This document shows, piece by piece, positions 48,103 to 62,448 of a DNA stretch of 64,000 bases. The notes under the pieces are model-generated. The model was not told where the DNA came from and did no database searches. It saw only the letters and a list, made by a program, of their open reading frames with translations. Source of the DNA: Vicugna vicugna. Lineage: Eukaryota. The stretch's first letter is position 1, and every line of letters begins with the position of its first letter. The DNA is taken from assembly GCA_013265495.1 (NCBI GenBank), contig MU058791.1, positions 498,001-562,000 of the forward strand, given 5' to 3'. A program made the translations under genes and the position numbers.

Positions 48103-50464
48103 AGCTACATGACTTCTTCACAGCTTGCTTAGCTTTTCAGCCCATGACTTATTCTCTAGAGCCTTCAGGCTTGGGTCTACACTTCTCAAACCCCTGAAAT
48201 GTTTAATGAAGTCAAAGAGCTGGACACTATATTTCTGACTCTGTCTCTAAACCACCTCACTATGCAGTGTGCCTTAGGATACAAAAAGCGTTGTCTTGAT
48301 TGGCTGCAAGGACTTTCAAGCAGAAGCAAGTTCGTTACGTTTCTCTGCTAGGCTTCAGGGTTCTTGTGCCTGTGGTTGAAGCAGAAATCCTAGAATGCTT
48401 TCCAAAGTGAAAACTCACTGCCAATAAGGAATTGATAACTGTGTTGCCATGGCAGCCAACTTGTCACGTGTCACTCAGCCTAAGACTATCTAAACCCTGA
48501 TGATTCTGCGAACAGGTTAAATGGAATGGCCAGGCGTGATCTCCACCAGGGGGTCCTCTGGGCACATCCATTTTTCTGCTCTTAATCCTCTGTGCCTTTG
48601 TACCAATCTTGAAAAGGCCCCAATTTCTTCCTCCGAGTGTCATTCTGTGTGTGTGCATGTACGTGTGTGAGGGTGAGACTCTCCAAAACATGTTTTCATC
48701 ATTGATCTCCAGAGTGTGGGGGACCGTGGAAAAGAGGGGAGAATAAAATGAGAGAGGATTTGCAGTTTCAGGAAGTGGGAATCCAGATGTGACCTTGGGT
48801 AGCAGTGAGCACAGGAGGAGAGGATACTGTAAGCCTGAAGTTCTAGAAGCTTCTGTGTGCTGAAGGAGAGGGAGTCACCCATACTGTTCAGTGGTGAAGG
48901 CAGTTTTGGGAGGCAGAGATGGTCTCAATGACACACAGGGTCCCAGAAGAGCCCAAATGAGGAGCAACAGACCTGGGTCAGACCAGTGGGTCTCCACCAG
49001 GAAGCAGGCAGGTGGGCAGGGGGTTCCAGAGAGGGGAATAGGAAGGAAGGCCTTCAGAGATGCCTTGAGGTGCCGGCAAATCCCACCAGGGGGAGAGCTG
49101 TTAAAGTCACCAAACTGGGGTGTCCTTTTTGCCTCTCTGGCTTATATTCAATAGGTGACTGATCCTAGTCAACAAGTCATCTATATCTCCTTTCTCCTCT
49201 TTAAATTCCTTGGTGACCCACTACTAACCAAGACTGATTTTAAAATTCAGACACACTGAATCACATGTTTTGAGGTCCTGCAGGCAACCTCTCACCCAGC
49301 GTAAGGCAAACACCCCTGACAGGTGGCCAGTGGGCCTCTGGGGCGGGCACTCCAACCATATCTGGCACTCAGCTCACTTTTTCTTTTTCTGGCACAACCA
49401 CCTATCGCAAAGGTGAACATACCTCTGTACCTTAAAACCAAATATAACATAATGTTTCAACGCTTGCTTCTCAAGTCACACCGAATAAAGCCATTTCCTC
49501 TTCTCCAAGTAGCATGCCAAAGGTTTGTATTACACAGAATCATACCATCTTTAATTCTTCTCCATCCCAGAGAAAACATCAGCAGCTCCCTGGACCACTT
49601 CTCACATTACATTTTTCAAGACCCCCTCATGGTCTGATTCTATAACTCAAGAATTCTCCAGTCAACCCTTCCACTCATCACCCACCCTAATGTGGTCTCC
49701 AGAGTTGGGCACTATGCTTAAGGGATGGTCTGAGCAGGGTCGTTAATGCTCAAACCTTACATATGAGGCAAGAAGGAACGGGGAGAAGAGCTGGACCTCC
49801 CACAAGGCCAGCTCACTAGGGTGGACATAGGCCTGAGGAGGACTTTCCAGGCTGCAGGAGGAGAACAGGCAGGTGCAGTGGGATGTTTGAGGTGCTGTGT
49901 GCAAGGGAGAGGTTGGGCAGGAGCAGAGAAGGACAGTTGGGCACCTGGTGATGTATTTGGAGTGCTGGACAGTGTTCCAGTCCTAGATGGGGTCCAGGAC
50001 ATAGCGTAGGTAACAGGTGGATAGTCAGAAGCAGAAACCAAGACAAGAACATCAATCCATATCCTCGCTATGGATTGAGGAACCCAGGTGGAGTGTGAAG
50101 ATGGCTGTCATCTAGTGGTACAGGCTGGTCTCTCCTCCGCACCAGGCTGTGTATAACTGGTAGTGATCATCAAACTCTGACATAACCTTAAGTTCCATGG
50201 GATGAAGGTACTAAAGCTGTTTGCTTAAAGCCATTGATGTATGTCTCAAGTAGGCCAAGAGCTGTGGCTGAATGGAACCTAAGGATGGCAACCGACAGTG
50301 GCCTTAGCTATGAGGTCCATTCATGATGGACTGAAATTGTAATCCAGGAGCACTCTTTTCAAAGACTGATGTGAATGAAGCCTCCTGGAATTCTGCATCT
50401 AACCTATTCAGAGAAGGCCTACTTTCTTTGCTCTGCATCTTATTTTTCTATTAAGGTGGGAACA

Positions 50465-50850
50465 AAGATCAAACAAGAGATTAAATAGAAAATGATCAAC
50501 ATCAAGATGGTACACACAAACTCTGCCATGAAATGTCAATGGACTGAACACTAATTAAAAGGACAGAAATGACCAACTAGATACAAAAGCAAGCCCCCAG
50601 TACCTGCTATTTATAAGAAATGGACTGTAAATACACAGACACAAGTAGATTGAAAGTAAAAGGGTGGGAAAAACGTATACATGTATCATGGGAAGCATGC
50701 AGCACAAGAAACAGCACTGAGATACACTGGCATCAGGCAAAGTAGACTTCAGCACATGGAGTACTGCTCAAGATAACAGAGGGTATTTCATCAAGGGTCA
50801 ACTCATCATGAAAACATTATAATCATAAATATTTTTACCCAGAAAAACAA
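50465..50850 (+). mobile_element. Old L1 ORF2 endonuclease-region fragment
   Basis: aaatgtcaatggactgaacac...agattgaaagtaaaagggtggga...caaagtagacttcag. Confidence 0.65.
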
Positions 50851-51099
50851 AACACACAGGAAATAAACTCAGGAAACATTTACTTAGCGCCGTGGGCATT
50901 AGAAAGATAAGTAAGCTATATTCACTGCCCCCAAACAACTTGCATCTTGTAAAAAAACACAAATATTTAAAGATTTTCAGAGCAGAGCATCAGCAGCAAA
51001 GACACTCCAACATCCTGGTCTTCCTCTCAGCTGACGTCATGTTTGCCAGCTCCTATTTTCCATTCCCACCCAGAAAAGGAATCTTTTTTAAAAAAAATC

Positions 51100-51570
51100 T
51101 TTTGTATTATGGAAATTTCCAAACCCGCATCAAAGTGAAGGTGAATGCAGTAAACCTCCACATACCCATCACCACCCACCCTCAGCGATTTCCAGCGTTC
51201 TGCTTTTCTCATTTCATCTACCCACTGACCCTTCCCAAACTATTTTTTTAAGAGTGTTTTAAAGGAAAGCCCAGATATCATATCATCCAACCTGTAAACA
51301 TTTGTGTAGGATTGTCTAGCAGCTAAGAACATTTTTTAAGCATAACCACCATGCCCTTATCACACTTAAAATTAATAATTTCTTAATATTCACTAATGTC
51401 CAGTACAGTTGCCTCACAGGTGTCTCTCGTGTGTGTGGTTTGTTCAAATCATGGTCCAAATAAGGTCCACTTACTGCATTTTGTTGTTCCACTTCCTGAG
51501 TCTCTTATGCTGTAATAATCCTTTTTTTTTAAAAAAACCATTAATTTCTTAAGAGAAACTGGGTCATTTA
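51100..51570 (-). mobile_element. L1ME-like 3' end
   Basis: tattatggaaatttccaaac...cccatcacc...ttaataatttcttaatatt. Confidence 0.5.
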
Positions 51571-52427
51571 TACAACTGAATGACAAAAAGAGCTCTTTTC
51601 TTTACTTAAAGATCTCTTCTAGAGGTGATTATCATCACTATGTAAATTAAGAATATAGAAGTTTAGGAGAGAATTCTCTAATGCATACTCTGTCCCAACA
51701 CTCCAAACAGATTGCTTCCCATGGCTCGAGGAACTTGTTCACTCTATTTTTAAGCCAATCTGAACCTGATTAGAAACCCACCGATCCTACTAGAATCACC
51801 AGGATCGTAGACTTTTCAATTTCAAGGGAAATTCACTTTGCATTTCAAAAGCACTAATTAGACTTAGGTTTCACCAAACTCAGACTACACGCAAATCGAG
51901 AAAAGTAACTAAAATGAGAAACACTCCCCAAGGGCCCCTAGGCCTGAAGGAGAAGAACACTGCCAAGTCATAAGTAACTACTTAATTTTTTCTAACCTCA
52001 AGGCCTGCTGGGGCATGTGGAAGATGTCAAGGAATTCAGGTGTACACACCCAGGGCCTCAGCATGTTCAAACACAGCCACGCAAATGGCATCGCACCGCT
52101 GTTCAAATAAAACTCACTCGTATTTACGGACTCACTCGGGGCTCGGAGGAGGTGCTTATGGCAACCATGGCCCAAGGCATAGGAGCTTCATCAGCCAGGA
52201 CTAGCGGGAACCATTTCCAGCTCCCGCCCCCAGCAAACCCAAACTTTGTTCACTCTTAGCTTGGAAAGCCACAATCTCGGGAAGAAAAAAATTCAAAAAG
52301 CCACAGGCACTGAAGAGGATACAATAAAGAACACGACAAAAGGAAAGAAAGAGAAGGCACAGGATGATTGCCTTCTCTCGGCAGTTTTCTGCTAAGTCTC
52401 CTCCAGTTCTTTTAAAAATGACCACTG

Positions 52428-52941
52428 ACCACAAGTTTGTATTCTATGTCTACAAGTCTGTTTGTTTTGTATTTATTATTTTTTTTTAAATATAAGCGAT
52501 CTCACATGGTATTTTTCTTTCCCTTTCTGGCTTACTTCACTTAGAATGACATTCTCCAGGAGCATCCATGTTGCTGCAAATGGCATTATGTTGTCGGTTT
52601 TTATGGCTGAGTAGTATTCCATTGTGTAAATATACCACATCATCTTTATCCAGTCATTTGTTGATGGACATTTAGGCTGTTTCCATGTCCTTGTGGTTGC
52701 CAAGGGGGAGGGGGTTGGGAAGAGATACGCTGGGAGTTCAAAAATGTGTAGATACTGACAGGCATATGTAGAATAGATAAACAAGATTATACTGCATAGC
52801 ACAGGGAAATATATACAAGATCTTGCGGTAGCTCACAGCGAAAAAGAATGTGACAATGAATATATGTATGTTCACATGTAACTGAAAAAATTGTGCTCTG
52901 CACTGGAATTTGACACAACATTGTAAAATGACTATAACTCA
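52428..52941. mobile_element. Young camelid L1 with 5' inversion (minus 52428-52689, plus 52690-52941)
   Basis: The minus part encodes [30 protein letters not shown]; the plus part is the L1 3' UTR starting cttgtggttgccaagg. Confidence 0.9.
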
Positions 52942-54654
52942 TTCCCTCAGGGGGAAATGTCAAGGGGCTGAAGGAGTGACCCAATGCCAGTTCCTTGTTA
53001 GCAGTCCACCTGCCTGCTGCCCCGAGGCAGGACTGCACTGAGCCACCAGAAGGAAAGTCATCTCTTCAGTAAGGGGGATGGAATCATGGCAGTAACCTTC
53101 CCCTGGAGCTGCTCGTAGGGGTGTGTAACTTGACACCGAGCCTTAACTCTCATCCAAGTCACCAAAGCTTCCAGCCTGCCCATCAGCCTCCCTGTAGGAA
53201 GGAATTCCGCACAAGGACGCTCCTGGTGCAGAGGAGTATGCAGTGTCTGGGAATTCTGTTCTCTGACCATCATTCCATCCCTGGAGCAGCAACAGCGAAG
53301 CATCAGCCCTCCCTGTGTAGCAGGTTCTGATGTGGCCTGAAGCTCTCGTCCCACTGGAGATATGCCAGACGTGCTGTGAGCATGAGGTGAAATGAATTCC
53401 CTCTTCAGTGGCTCTCAGGTTTTCCCCAAGAAGTCCAGTCACTGCACTGATGGATAACACCCACACCCGTACATCCACATGCCGGTCAGAGTCATGGGAA
53501 CCGAGCCCACTCTGCCAGGGATCTTATCCACCACTGCCAACCACAGGCCACTGAACACCAGCCATGATCACCACACCAAGTCCTGGCCCAGGACAGGTGT
53601 TTACCCCTTTCTTTTCCACTGGTCCAAAGACCAACATGCCTTAAGACTTACCCTATGAAGACATTCAACACCATTTGAGCCTAAGCTGGTAAACGTCACC
53701 TCTTGAGACTGTTTCATCCTGTTCAAGATGGAAGCCCTGATGCCGGGTCAGATGAAGTTTGGGATCACATCAAGCATGAATATGGATACAGAAGGTCTTT
53801 GCAAACCATAAAATGCTATATGAAAGCAAGCTAAGAAGTCACAGTGCGAGGCGGTAAGGTGCGATTCTGCAGGGCGCAGTAAGAGAAAAGCTAGAAAGAG
53901 AATGAATGTTCTGTGTCTGATCTGGCCACTGGAATTTCTTTTTATACTGAGTGGATGAAAGGTGGAGGGTATCAGAAAGCAGTCCGCAAACATACAATGG
54001 AAAAGAAGTGATGACTTAACAGTTACATTTTGTTTTTGAATCAGAGTACTGTTCACACATCTGTATGTTATAAAAGGAGATGCTAACTTGGGAGCAAGTG
54101 ACGATGATGATTTTCTCTGTTTTCCGTAACTGCAGAGTCGAGACGGAATTCCAGGTGTCATCCAGCTCACACTCCAGGCAGAACCTCAGCCAAATCATTT
54201 TCATCAAATAGGTCTCTAGTCCTTTTTAAAAGGCTTTCTGGGAGAAGAGATTTGCAAAGTTTCTCTGTGAATGGCTTAACATTTCTTCACTTTCTTTTCT
54301 ATTCAGTGATAATGGGCCATCTATTTGCAGTGTGCCCTCAGAACGCATGTGTCACAAAACCAATTTGCTGACATTTAGCAGAGTGATGAGTATAATCAGA
54401 AATTATTTTGAAGAAAGGCATCACCCAGTCACTGATGATAGACATTGTGAACAGTGGAAAATGTTCTTTCCACGACTGGAATGAGAGGTCCCCTCAACTG
54501 TGAATGTTTCTCTGCATTAGTAAGATGTTAATGCGATGTTAAAGGGATGGGATGTCATTTTGATATGTGCAGTAAACTGTCTTCCTGTGCAGTTGACAAT
54601 GGCCATAGCAGGTAGTGGCTGCTACTCGGGAGTTAACAGTGAAGCCATGTTCTA

Positions 54655-54890
54655 CAGCAGCTGTTCTCAATGGCGGCGATTTTATGTCCCTCTTCCCCAA
54701 CAGGGGACATCTGACAGTGTCTGGAGGCATTTTTGATTATCATAACTTAGGGGGATACTGCTATTGCCATCAAGGACAGAGGTCCGGGATGCTGCCAACA
54801 CGCCACAACGCACAGGACAGACTGTCACAACAAAGAAGTACCCATCCCCAAATGTCAACAGAGCTAAGGCTGAGAAAGCCCGTTCTAGAA
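54655..54890. mobile_element. MER20 hAT MITE
   Basis: cagctgttctcaatgg...caggggacatctgacagtgtctggaggcatttttgatt...gggatgctgc...ccccaaatgtcaacagagctaaggctgagaaa. Confidence 0.8.
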
Positions 54891-56504
54891 GGAGACGTGG
54901 AGCACAGAGTAACGGAGGGGCTTATAAGGATGGGGCTTCAGTGAGAACTCTGATGACACGCGTCTGTCCCAGGCTCTGGTCCAGACCTGACAACACAGTG
55001 AAGGCATAAATCGATTTCTAGCCCTGACAAGTGTACTATAGTCACAAACCTTTATGAATGAGGTCTACCCATAAAGGCAACAATGATCAACTTTTTAAGG
55101 CAGGTATGGTGGACTGGGCGAAGCCAGAAGTCCTAAACTGACTGCATTTCAAGAATTAAGTCCTGTGTGTGTGTTTCCTCTGTGGGGATTCTTACTCCGG
55201 GGTCCCCACTCCCCAAAGGGCCTGTGAGTAGAATTCAGAGGCTCCAGGATTTGGGTGGGGAAATCTCACATATTTATTTTCACTAGTTTCTAACTGAAAT
55301 ACAGCATTTCGCTCTATTACGCATTCAGTCAACAAGCCCCGGCAGTACGAGCAAGACCTCCCATTCTGTCACCGGCAGGAAGTCCAGATGTTGTCATCTC
55401 ACCTTATACCTCAACAAATTATTGAAACTCATCATTACTTTAAAATTATATATGTTATTAGACCTGTAGCTAGTTATTTTATCAGGGCATGTGTATTCCT
55501 GTATCAATTTTTTGTTTTACATTCTGGTGCATAAAATCAGTTATCTTTGTAATCCTGGGTATCTTGTTTTGTGTATTTAAAACATTATTCTGAAAAGGGG
55601 CCATGAGCATCACCAGACGGTCACAGAGCTCTAGCACAGAAAAGGTTAAAAGCTCCCCCTGGGCAAGGGCAGAGATGACTCCGAACAAGCCCGTTCACAG
55701 CCTGTTGCCGTGGCCAAAGGGATGCCGAGGGGCCTGTGGGAAGCACGCTCACTGGCCTGGCTCAGACGGAAGGCCCACCCGGGCCCTTCGGACAGTGGCA
55801 ACGACCTGGGGCCCTGGCCTGCGGGGGGCCCGTGCAACTTCACACACGGCCCTACCTGGACCCTTGAAGGCAAACAGTCCACCCAGGCCTGTCATCACCC
55901 CCAAATGTTGGCCCCTTCCAGCTCCCATCCTTGGTCCTGCTCTCATTCCAGTCTTTTCTCTGTTCCCATGCTTTGACCCAAATTCCCCACACGCTCCGCC
56001 CTCCCGAATCCCTGGAACTCCGCAGTACAGAAAGTAAGTCCTCAGACACTGTCATCTGATGGGGAGAGTTCCCCTTCCATCTGCCTGCTCAGCCGAAGCC
56101 TGGCTCTTTCCCAGGAACACAGTCCCCCAGTCCCTTAGGCTCTAGGGCTGGGAGGAGAGATTTGCTCTTTTTCTCCCCCTACAATGGCATTTCCACACTA
56201 TTCCTTCTCCACTCACATAAAATCACCCTGGAGTTTTTGGACTCAGGCCTTCTGGCTAGTATCAGCATCTCCACCTCTCCATCTGCCAGCCTTCTCATCA
56301 CCAGCCTACGCTCATGAATGCTTTCAGCTCAGTCTTCTCTCCCATCAGTGATCACGTGGGTGATGCACCTGTGATCTTGCTTCCAGGGACCATCGTCCAA
56401 GCTGGCTTCAGCCACTTTCTCCTGCCCACGTCACCAGTCCTGGGAAATCATCTGGAACCACCCCCCATTTAACATTCTGAACCCATTCCGACCACAGCAT
56501 CCTA

Positions 56505-56730
56505 GAGGCAGCGTAAGTACAGTGTGGAAAGCTTCGATTTTGGTGCCAGTTTATCTGGGTTCGAATTCCGGCTCTGTACTGGTGGGGAGACTTCGGAAAA
56601 ACTACCTAATCTTCCCATGTTTGTGAAATGTGAATAGTAATAGTCCTTTCTCATACAGTTACTGTGAGAGTTAATAAGTTAATTTGCACAGAGAATCTAG
56701 AACAATACCTGGCACACACACAGAGCTATT
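56505..56730 (+). mobile_element. MIR SINE
   Basis: ctgggttcgaattccggctct...gtgaaatg...aatagtaatagt...tagaacaatacctggcaca. Confidence 0.7.
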
Positions 56731-58589
56731 TACACACCGGCCTCCACTATCATCCTTCCACATTGCTCATGCCCTCCCTTCCTCTCTTGGGTCTTGACTT
56801 CCTGAGGCTTCTCATCTCCTGACCTCTCTGTTTTCTCCCAAAGTATCCATTTATTCTTGTCTTCACCTCCTTTCCTACCTAGCCACTTGTCTCCCATGGT
56901 TGCCTGACAAATATTTGCTTAATGGATGAATGAATCAATGACCCGTAACTTCAGCTATGTTCTCGTCCCTACCCTCACTGCCCCACCTTCTCATACTTTC
57001 AATAAACACTCCAGCGATACACCAGCCCCAGATCTAACCAAAGAGCTATCTTCTCTTCTTCCACCCTGTCCGATGGTGACTGCTTCCACTCCCAGCTCAG
57101 CATCTCCAATGTCCACTCTGCTCAGCCTGCCCTTATGTGTCTGCAGTCAGCTCTCTTTCCTGATGCTGACATCAGTGATGCCTGGCCTTCAGCCCTCTCC
57201 TCAAGCCCCTCTTCCTCTACCACCTCTTTTTTCAGTCCTGGTGGATGCCTTTGCTTCCTGCTTTATAGAGAAATAAAGGCTTCCAGGTGTGTGTTGAGAG
57301 AGAGTGAGAGAGAAATGCAGAAATGAAGCAGGGGTGTGGAATAAAGGGTCCTCCACTTTCTTCCCCATTCCTTAAACACACCTGCATCTGCTAATCCCCT
57401 CGCTCCCGCAGAAAAGATGCCCTTCTCTGGAGTCAGTGCTCAACGTCCATCCGACGCATCCAACTGTCACTTTAAAGCTGCATGAGAAAGCAGCTTTGTA
57501 TTTTATAATGAAGATTACTAGTAGGTAATAATGGATCAATTCTGTCCAGGTATCAGCTGGCCTGTAAGAATAAATGAGGCACTCTGGGTGGGTGGGGGGG
57601 TGTCAGCTCTCCCACATGGGGCCATACAGAGGCATGCTAGAGATTCTATCACCAAATCATAATAATTACCTAAAAGAATGATGACATCAAAGCCCGATCA
57701 ACCCCATTAAGAGTGACCAAAATCAGTAACTTTTCACCGCCAATGACTTAATAAAAATCTTAATGAATTGGCTAACTCCCCACTTTCCTGAAAATGAAGA
57801 TTGCTAGGTACCAGCATGGCTCATGAGAGTGAGCTGGCGGCCTTGAAGACGAGGACAGACCTGGCTAGGATGGACTACATGCCTATGCCAGGGCCTTCCC
57901 TGTCTCCAGTTTTACTTCTGTGTTAACATGTCAGAGCCGAATGTCTGAAAACAGGTTGATTCTTCTGACAAAGCACAAGACACTCCTGGCAGGTGTTTTA
58001 CAAAGAAAACAAAATAGCTTAAAAGACATCAGACTATTTCCGTTACAGAAGCAGTGACGCATAAAGAAAAACCAAGGCATCTGGAAAAAAGAATCGAAAA
58101 AGTCCCCCCCCCCCCCCCCCAAGGAATGAGATGAGGGTCAGGGTGGTGCCCTAGTCAGAGATGGCAGGAGTAAGAATCAGATGCAGCTGAAGGCAGGAAG
58201 GCACTCCTGATTCAAGGTGCCAGGGAGGGGCCACCTTGACCCCGACCTCCTTCCTTCTGTATTTGCAGGGCTCTTTCTAGAGCAGCAGACCTCTCTCTTC
58301 AACCCTAATGTGAAGGTCACTGTCAGAGAGGGTTTGCCCTTTGATGCCCTAGGTCTGAAGCCTTAAATCACTGGGAACACTCAATAAGTATTTGGTGACC
58401 AACTGAAGACCAACAGGTCTGGTCAGAACTCAAGTCCTTGCCCTTAGGCCAGTTCATTTCTATCTTGTGACATTATGAGGATACCCGGGAGGCAGCGGGG
58501 CTGTGAGTGGAACGCAGCATCACCTTTGAGTTTTAGGGCTCCTTGCGGGGAAGACGCTTTCCAGTTATTTAAATGACAGAAGCCCTGAA

Positions 58590-59070
58590 CACCACTGCCA
58601 GTGGTCCCTCAATCTTGGTTCTCTCTTTTCTTCTGTAACAGAGTCCTAAAGGACTGCATAACTGGCCACGCGGCTGCCCAGGTGAGACCCCAGGTAGCCC
58701 AGCCTGCCTTGAGCCAAGTGTGGCCATGTGAACAAGCCATGACCGTGGGATGTAGGCAGAGTGCTGTGATGTACAGCTTCTGGGAAGTGCCTCACCAAGG
58801 GAAAAGGCATGTCCTTCTCTTACCCTTTTTTCCTTCCCAGTAGCTGGAATGCAGATGTGATGGCTGGAGCTGGAGAGGACATCTTGGGTCATGAGCCAAA
58901 GCTAGTCACAGAGGCCACGCACAGTGGAGAAACTGGATGGAAGGACCTGAGCCCCTGACGTTCTGCTCCAGCCTGACCTGCCTACCCGACTTTCACATGA
59001 GTGAGAAACAAACTTCTACCTAAGTCGCTTGGGTTTTCTGATCCTTGAGCTGAACCCAGTCCTATGGAAC
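58590..59070 (+). mobile_element. MLT1 (MLT1I/J-like) LTR
   Basis: cccagcctgccttg...tggccatgtga...gctggaatgcagatgtgatggctggagct...gtgagaaacaaacttcta. Confidence 0.65.
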
Positions 59071-60539
59071 ACATGCCAGTTTACCCAACACGACAGCACT
59101 GATTGACCTGCTCACTGGGAGAGAAGCTGTAATAACAGACTCATGGTTCTGATGAGCTCGAAGTAACAGCCTGGCTGGACTCTTTGAGGTGATCACAGCA
59201 GATTGTTGGAAAATACCAACCTATCTGGGTTTTCTGTCCAGAGGGAAGTGTAACCATGGAATTGTCTGCATGCGGATCACTACAAGTGCACATCGTCAGG
59301 GAGCTGGGTGCGGGCGTCCGGCTGAGGTTGTGTACATCTGGTGATTGTGCAGGCCCATCAAAATGGCAGGGATAGTGGGCTGGGAATCGCACCGTACCTG
59401 TTTCTGAGCATGCTTCAGATGCACACACCTGTACTCTCTTCCAGCTACTGCCATCCTCCCCACCACCGCCCCGGGCCTTCACCCACTGCACGCCCCTGGC
59501 CGTCTCCTCTCCAGGGCAGCACTCTTCCTGCATCCACTGTTCCCTTTAAGGTACAGATCCAGCCCCATCTCCTCCTGAAAGCTGCTGGTCCCTTCTTCAT
59601 CCAGTTTTCTGTAAGCTCCCACCTGTGTACTGATTAACACAAGGGCGCCCTGACAGGTCAGAGGTCAAAAACACCAACTGAATGAATGAACTAAATATGA
59701 TCAGTAAGACCTCAAGTCTGAGAGTTCAAGCTAATAGGAAGCTCTCCCAAAGTACCCCCCAGAAACCAGAAAGTGGTGCATATTTTAAAGACAGAGAATC
59801 AGCCTGAGTCATCCCTAGGTTGCTCTGCCCACGGGGTTGTTCCACTTGGGGTGGGGGCGGAAGGGACATTGCTCTGCTGGAATGCTAAGCAAGACTCTAA
59901 AGGAAGGAATTCATCCATCACCCTTTCAGGTTCCAGCCACCGTGCCCGAAATCAGCTCAGAAACAAACAGCAGGACGAGGTGAACTGTTCTCTATTAAAA
60001 CAAACCACATGAAATGCTTTTCACACACTGGGGTGGTGAACCCCAGAAAAACGTGCATTTGATGGTCGTTTCCCCCACCCCACCCCCCTGCTTCCTGATT
60101 TTCTGGCTAAATCTCCTGCAATCCATTGGAACAGCGAAGACAAATATTTCTCAATTTCCCGCCTCCTTGCCCAGCATCCGAAAACCTCAGAAGAACCCAT
60201 GCAGCCAAACAGGGCCAACCGCACAAGCTCAGACCTGTAGTCGCCTCCGGGGAAGGTGTCAAGTCCCTTCTTCAGAGCTGACAGCAAGCCCCTCTGTAAG
60301 GAAGCGTCTGACTCCATTCAATGCCCAACAGGAGTAATTATGACAGGGCAGCCCAGGTGGCACCTCCCGAGGGGCCGAGTACACGTGGGACATGCGTGAC
60401 CGGGCCTTCTCGGTAATACAAAGACTAAGTGGTCTGTGGCTCCGTGTGTGCACAGTGGCTTGGCTTATAAAAGGCCAAGGAGGAGCTGAAACAATCCTTC
60501 AACAGAGAGAAGTGAAGTTTAAAGCCCTGTGTCAGCCAG

Positions 60540-60670
60540 GAGGGAAAGAATCTGAAAAAAACACATATCAACGTATGTGTACGTGTAACTGAATGTCTGC
60601 TGTACACCTGAAACTAACATCGTAAGTCAACTACACTTTAATTAAAAAAATATGAATTAAAAAAAAAAAA
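60540..60670 (+). mobile_element. Short L1 3' end with poly(A)
   Basis: gggaaagaatctgaaaaaa...taactgaat...tgctgtacacctgaaactaacatcgtaagtcaactacactt + A-rich tail. Confidence 0.75.
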
Positions 60671-62448
60671 GGAATGTTCACCTTAACGCAGTGATTCTTA
60701 GCCTGGGGGCCATGACCCAGTCACAGTAAGTCATGAGATGAGTTTAGCGGGTCTCCACCAGCTCGTGTAAACAAGGCAGGGCAAAACACTAAGCATCATC
60801 ACTTCCATCACTTTGCAAAACTTCCGTTCTGGTTCTACAGTGTTCTCGTGTGTGGGAGCCCCAGGCAAAAACGCATGGGTGCCACCGCCTGAATAAATGG
60901 TGGGTCCAGTCTCTGTTCTCGTGGGAAGGCCTCTTTTTATGTCTCACGTGCGCTCGCCTTCCACTCTCTTCAACACAATGTCTGATCATCATTCTACGGG
61001 TGTGATCAACAATGGCCACGAGCATCCCCTTTTTATGGGTAAGGGATGCAGGTATGAAATAGAAAATGACTTCTGCTGGCCACACCGAGAACATGGCCAC
61101 AATGGCTGTGCAAAAATCAGGCAGGACTGAAAAGCAAGCTTGTGTGGTTCTCCCCAAATCTTCTCTGTAGCCAAACCACTAGTGGGAGCCAGTAAGCACG
61201 GGAGCTCCAGGAGGCAAGGGTTTTATTTAGCTCACTGCTCTATCCTCACCTCCAGACACAGTCCCCAGCACCAAGCAGGCCCTCAATAAACATTAGTTGA
61301 ATGAATAACTCAATGCAGGAATGACTTAGGACAATCCCTAAACACAAAAGCAATGATGGACCGACATGGACATTTACCTTCCCCTACAAAGAAACCACAT
61401 CTCACTGAGGTTCAATAAATACACTGAGGAAGACTCAGAGGACCAGCTGAGTTAGAACCAAGGTTATGTAACTGCAGCTTGAGATGTTCCGATGACATCA
61501 CTTAGACTGAACACTAACCTGGTCGACCTTCACCCCCACCTTTTCTAGCCACACCTTCTTCTTCCCTTTCAACTTGTCTTGAAATTACTTCTTTTGCAGT
61601 AATGAACTAATTGAAATTCTCCAGCACGTGGGGCTGGTTTATGATTTGGCGCCACTGCACACGCACATGCCTGAAATACCAGTCTTCTCTGAGAGCTCAG
61701 CCCAACGGTCTCACCCTCCTCAAGTCCCAGGTCAGGCAGGACCTCCTCAAACCCCTCCCTGATCAGTGCCCTTGACCCCAGCCTCTGCAGAGTGAACCCA
61801 GTTCTCATTCATGCTGCCTCTGTACTGTGTGCAAGTCCAGTGTAACTGCTATTTTTCTAATATCCTGATGCAATTTATCGGGTTATGTCTTGGACTCCCC
61901 CGCTGACTCTGAGCTCCCTGAGGGCTACAGTGGCTCTTTTTAAGTGCTTATTGGAGGTATAAATGAATTAATGAATGAACAAAGGAATGAATGAGTAATC
62001 CAGTCAGTCCTTCTGGACACCTTGTGCCCACCCTTGGTCCATCTTACCTTATCCCCCAAAATTATCTGTGTGGGGACTACTGAGGGAATTTAAAACATTA
62101 AAATAGACACATGCAAAGGAAATACTGATACATCCTAAAGCAAATGGGAAATAGAAGTCAATGGCTGACCGGGTTTTCACAGGTAGACCGTGGATAAGTC
62201 ATTGGTCGGTGACTCTTGACACCAACTTCATGAACGCAGGCAGGGACCACTGTCCCCTGAGTCCTCACTTGCTGAAGGACCACAGGCTTAAAGGGGGGCA
62301 GGTTTCAGCCCTGTGGAACTGAGACTTCGGAGGAGCCCAGGGGGCTCGTGGACACTCAGCCAAGGGAACGCTCAAGGTCTGACCCTGAGTAAGGACCTCT
62401 GATGCAGGAAGGAAAAATAACGGAAGTCATCTAAAAGGTCCGGTGCAG

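Noticed and set aside
47518..48113. 8 bp direct repeat tacatgac (47518-47525, 48106-48113) as a hAT-type TSD around the array
   Set aside because: No terminal inverted repeats inside it and it is offset ~36 bp from the array's left edge; plausible by chance.
58104..58120. C17 homopolymer
   Set aside because: Simple mononucleotide run with no supporting context.
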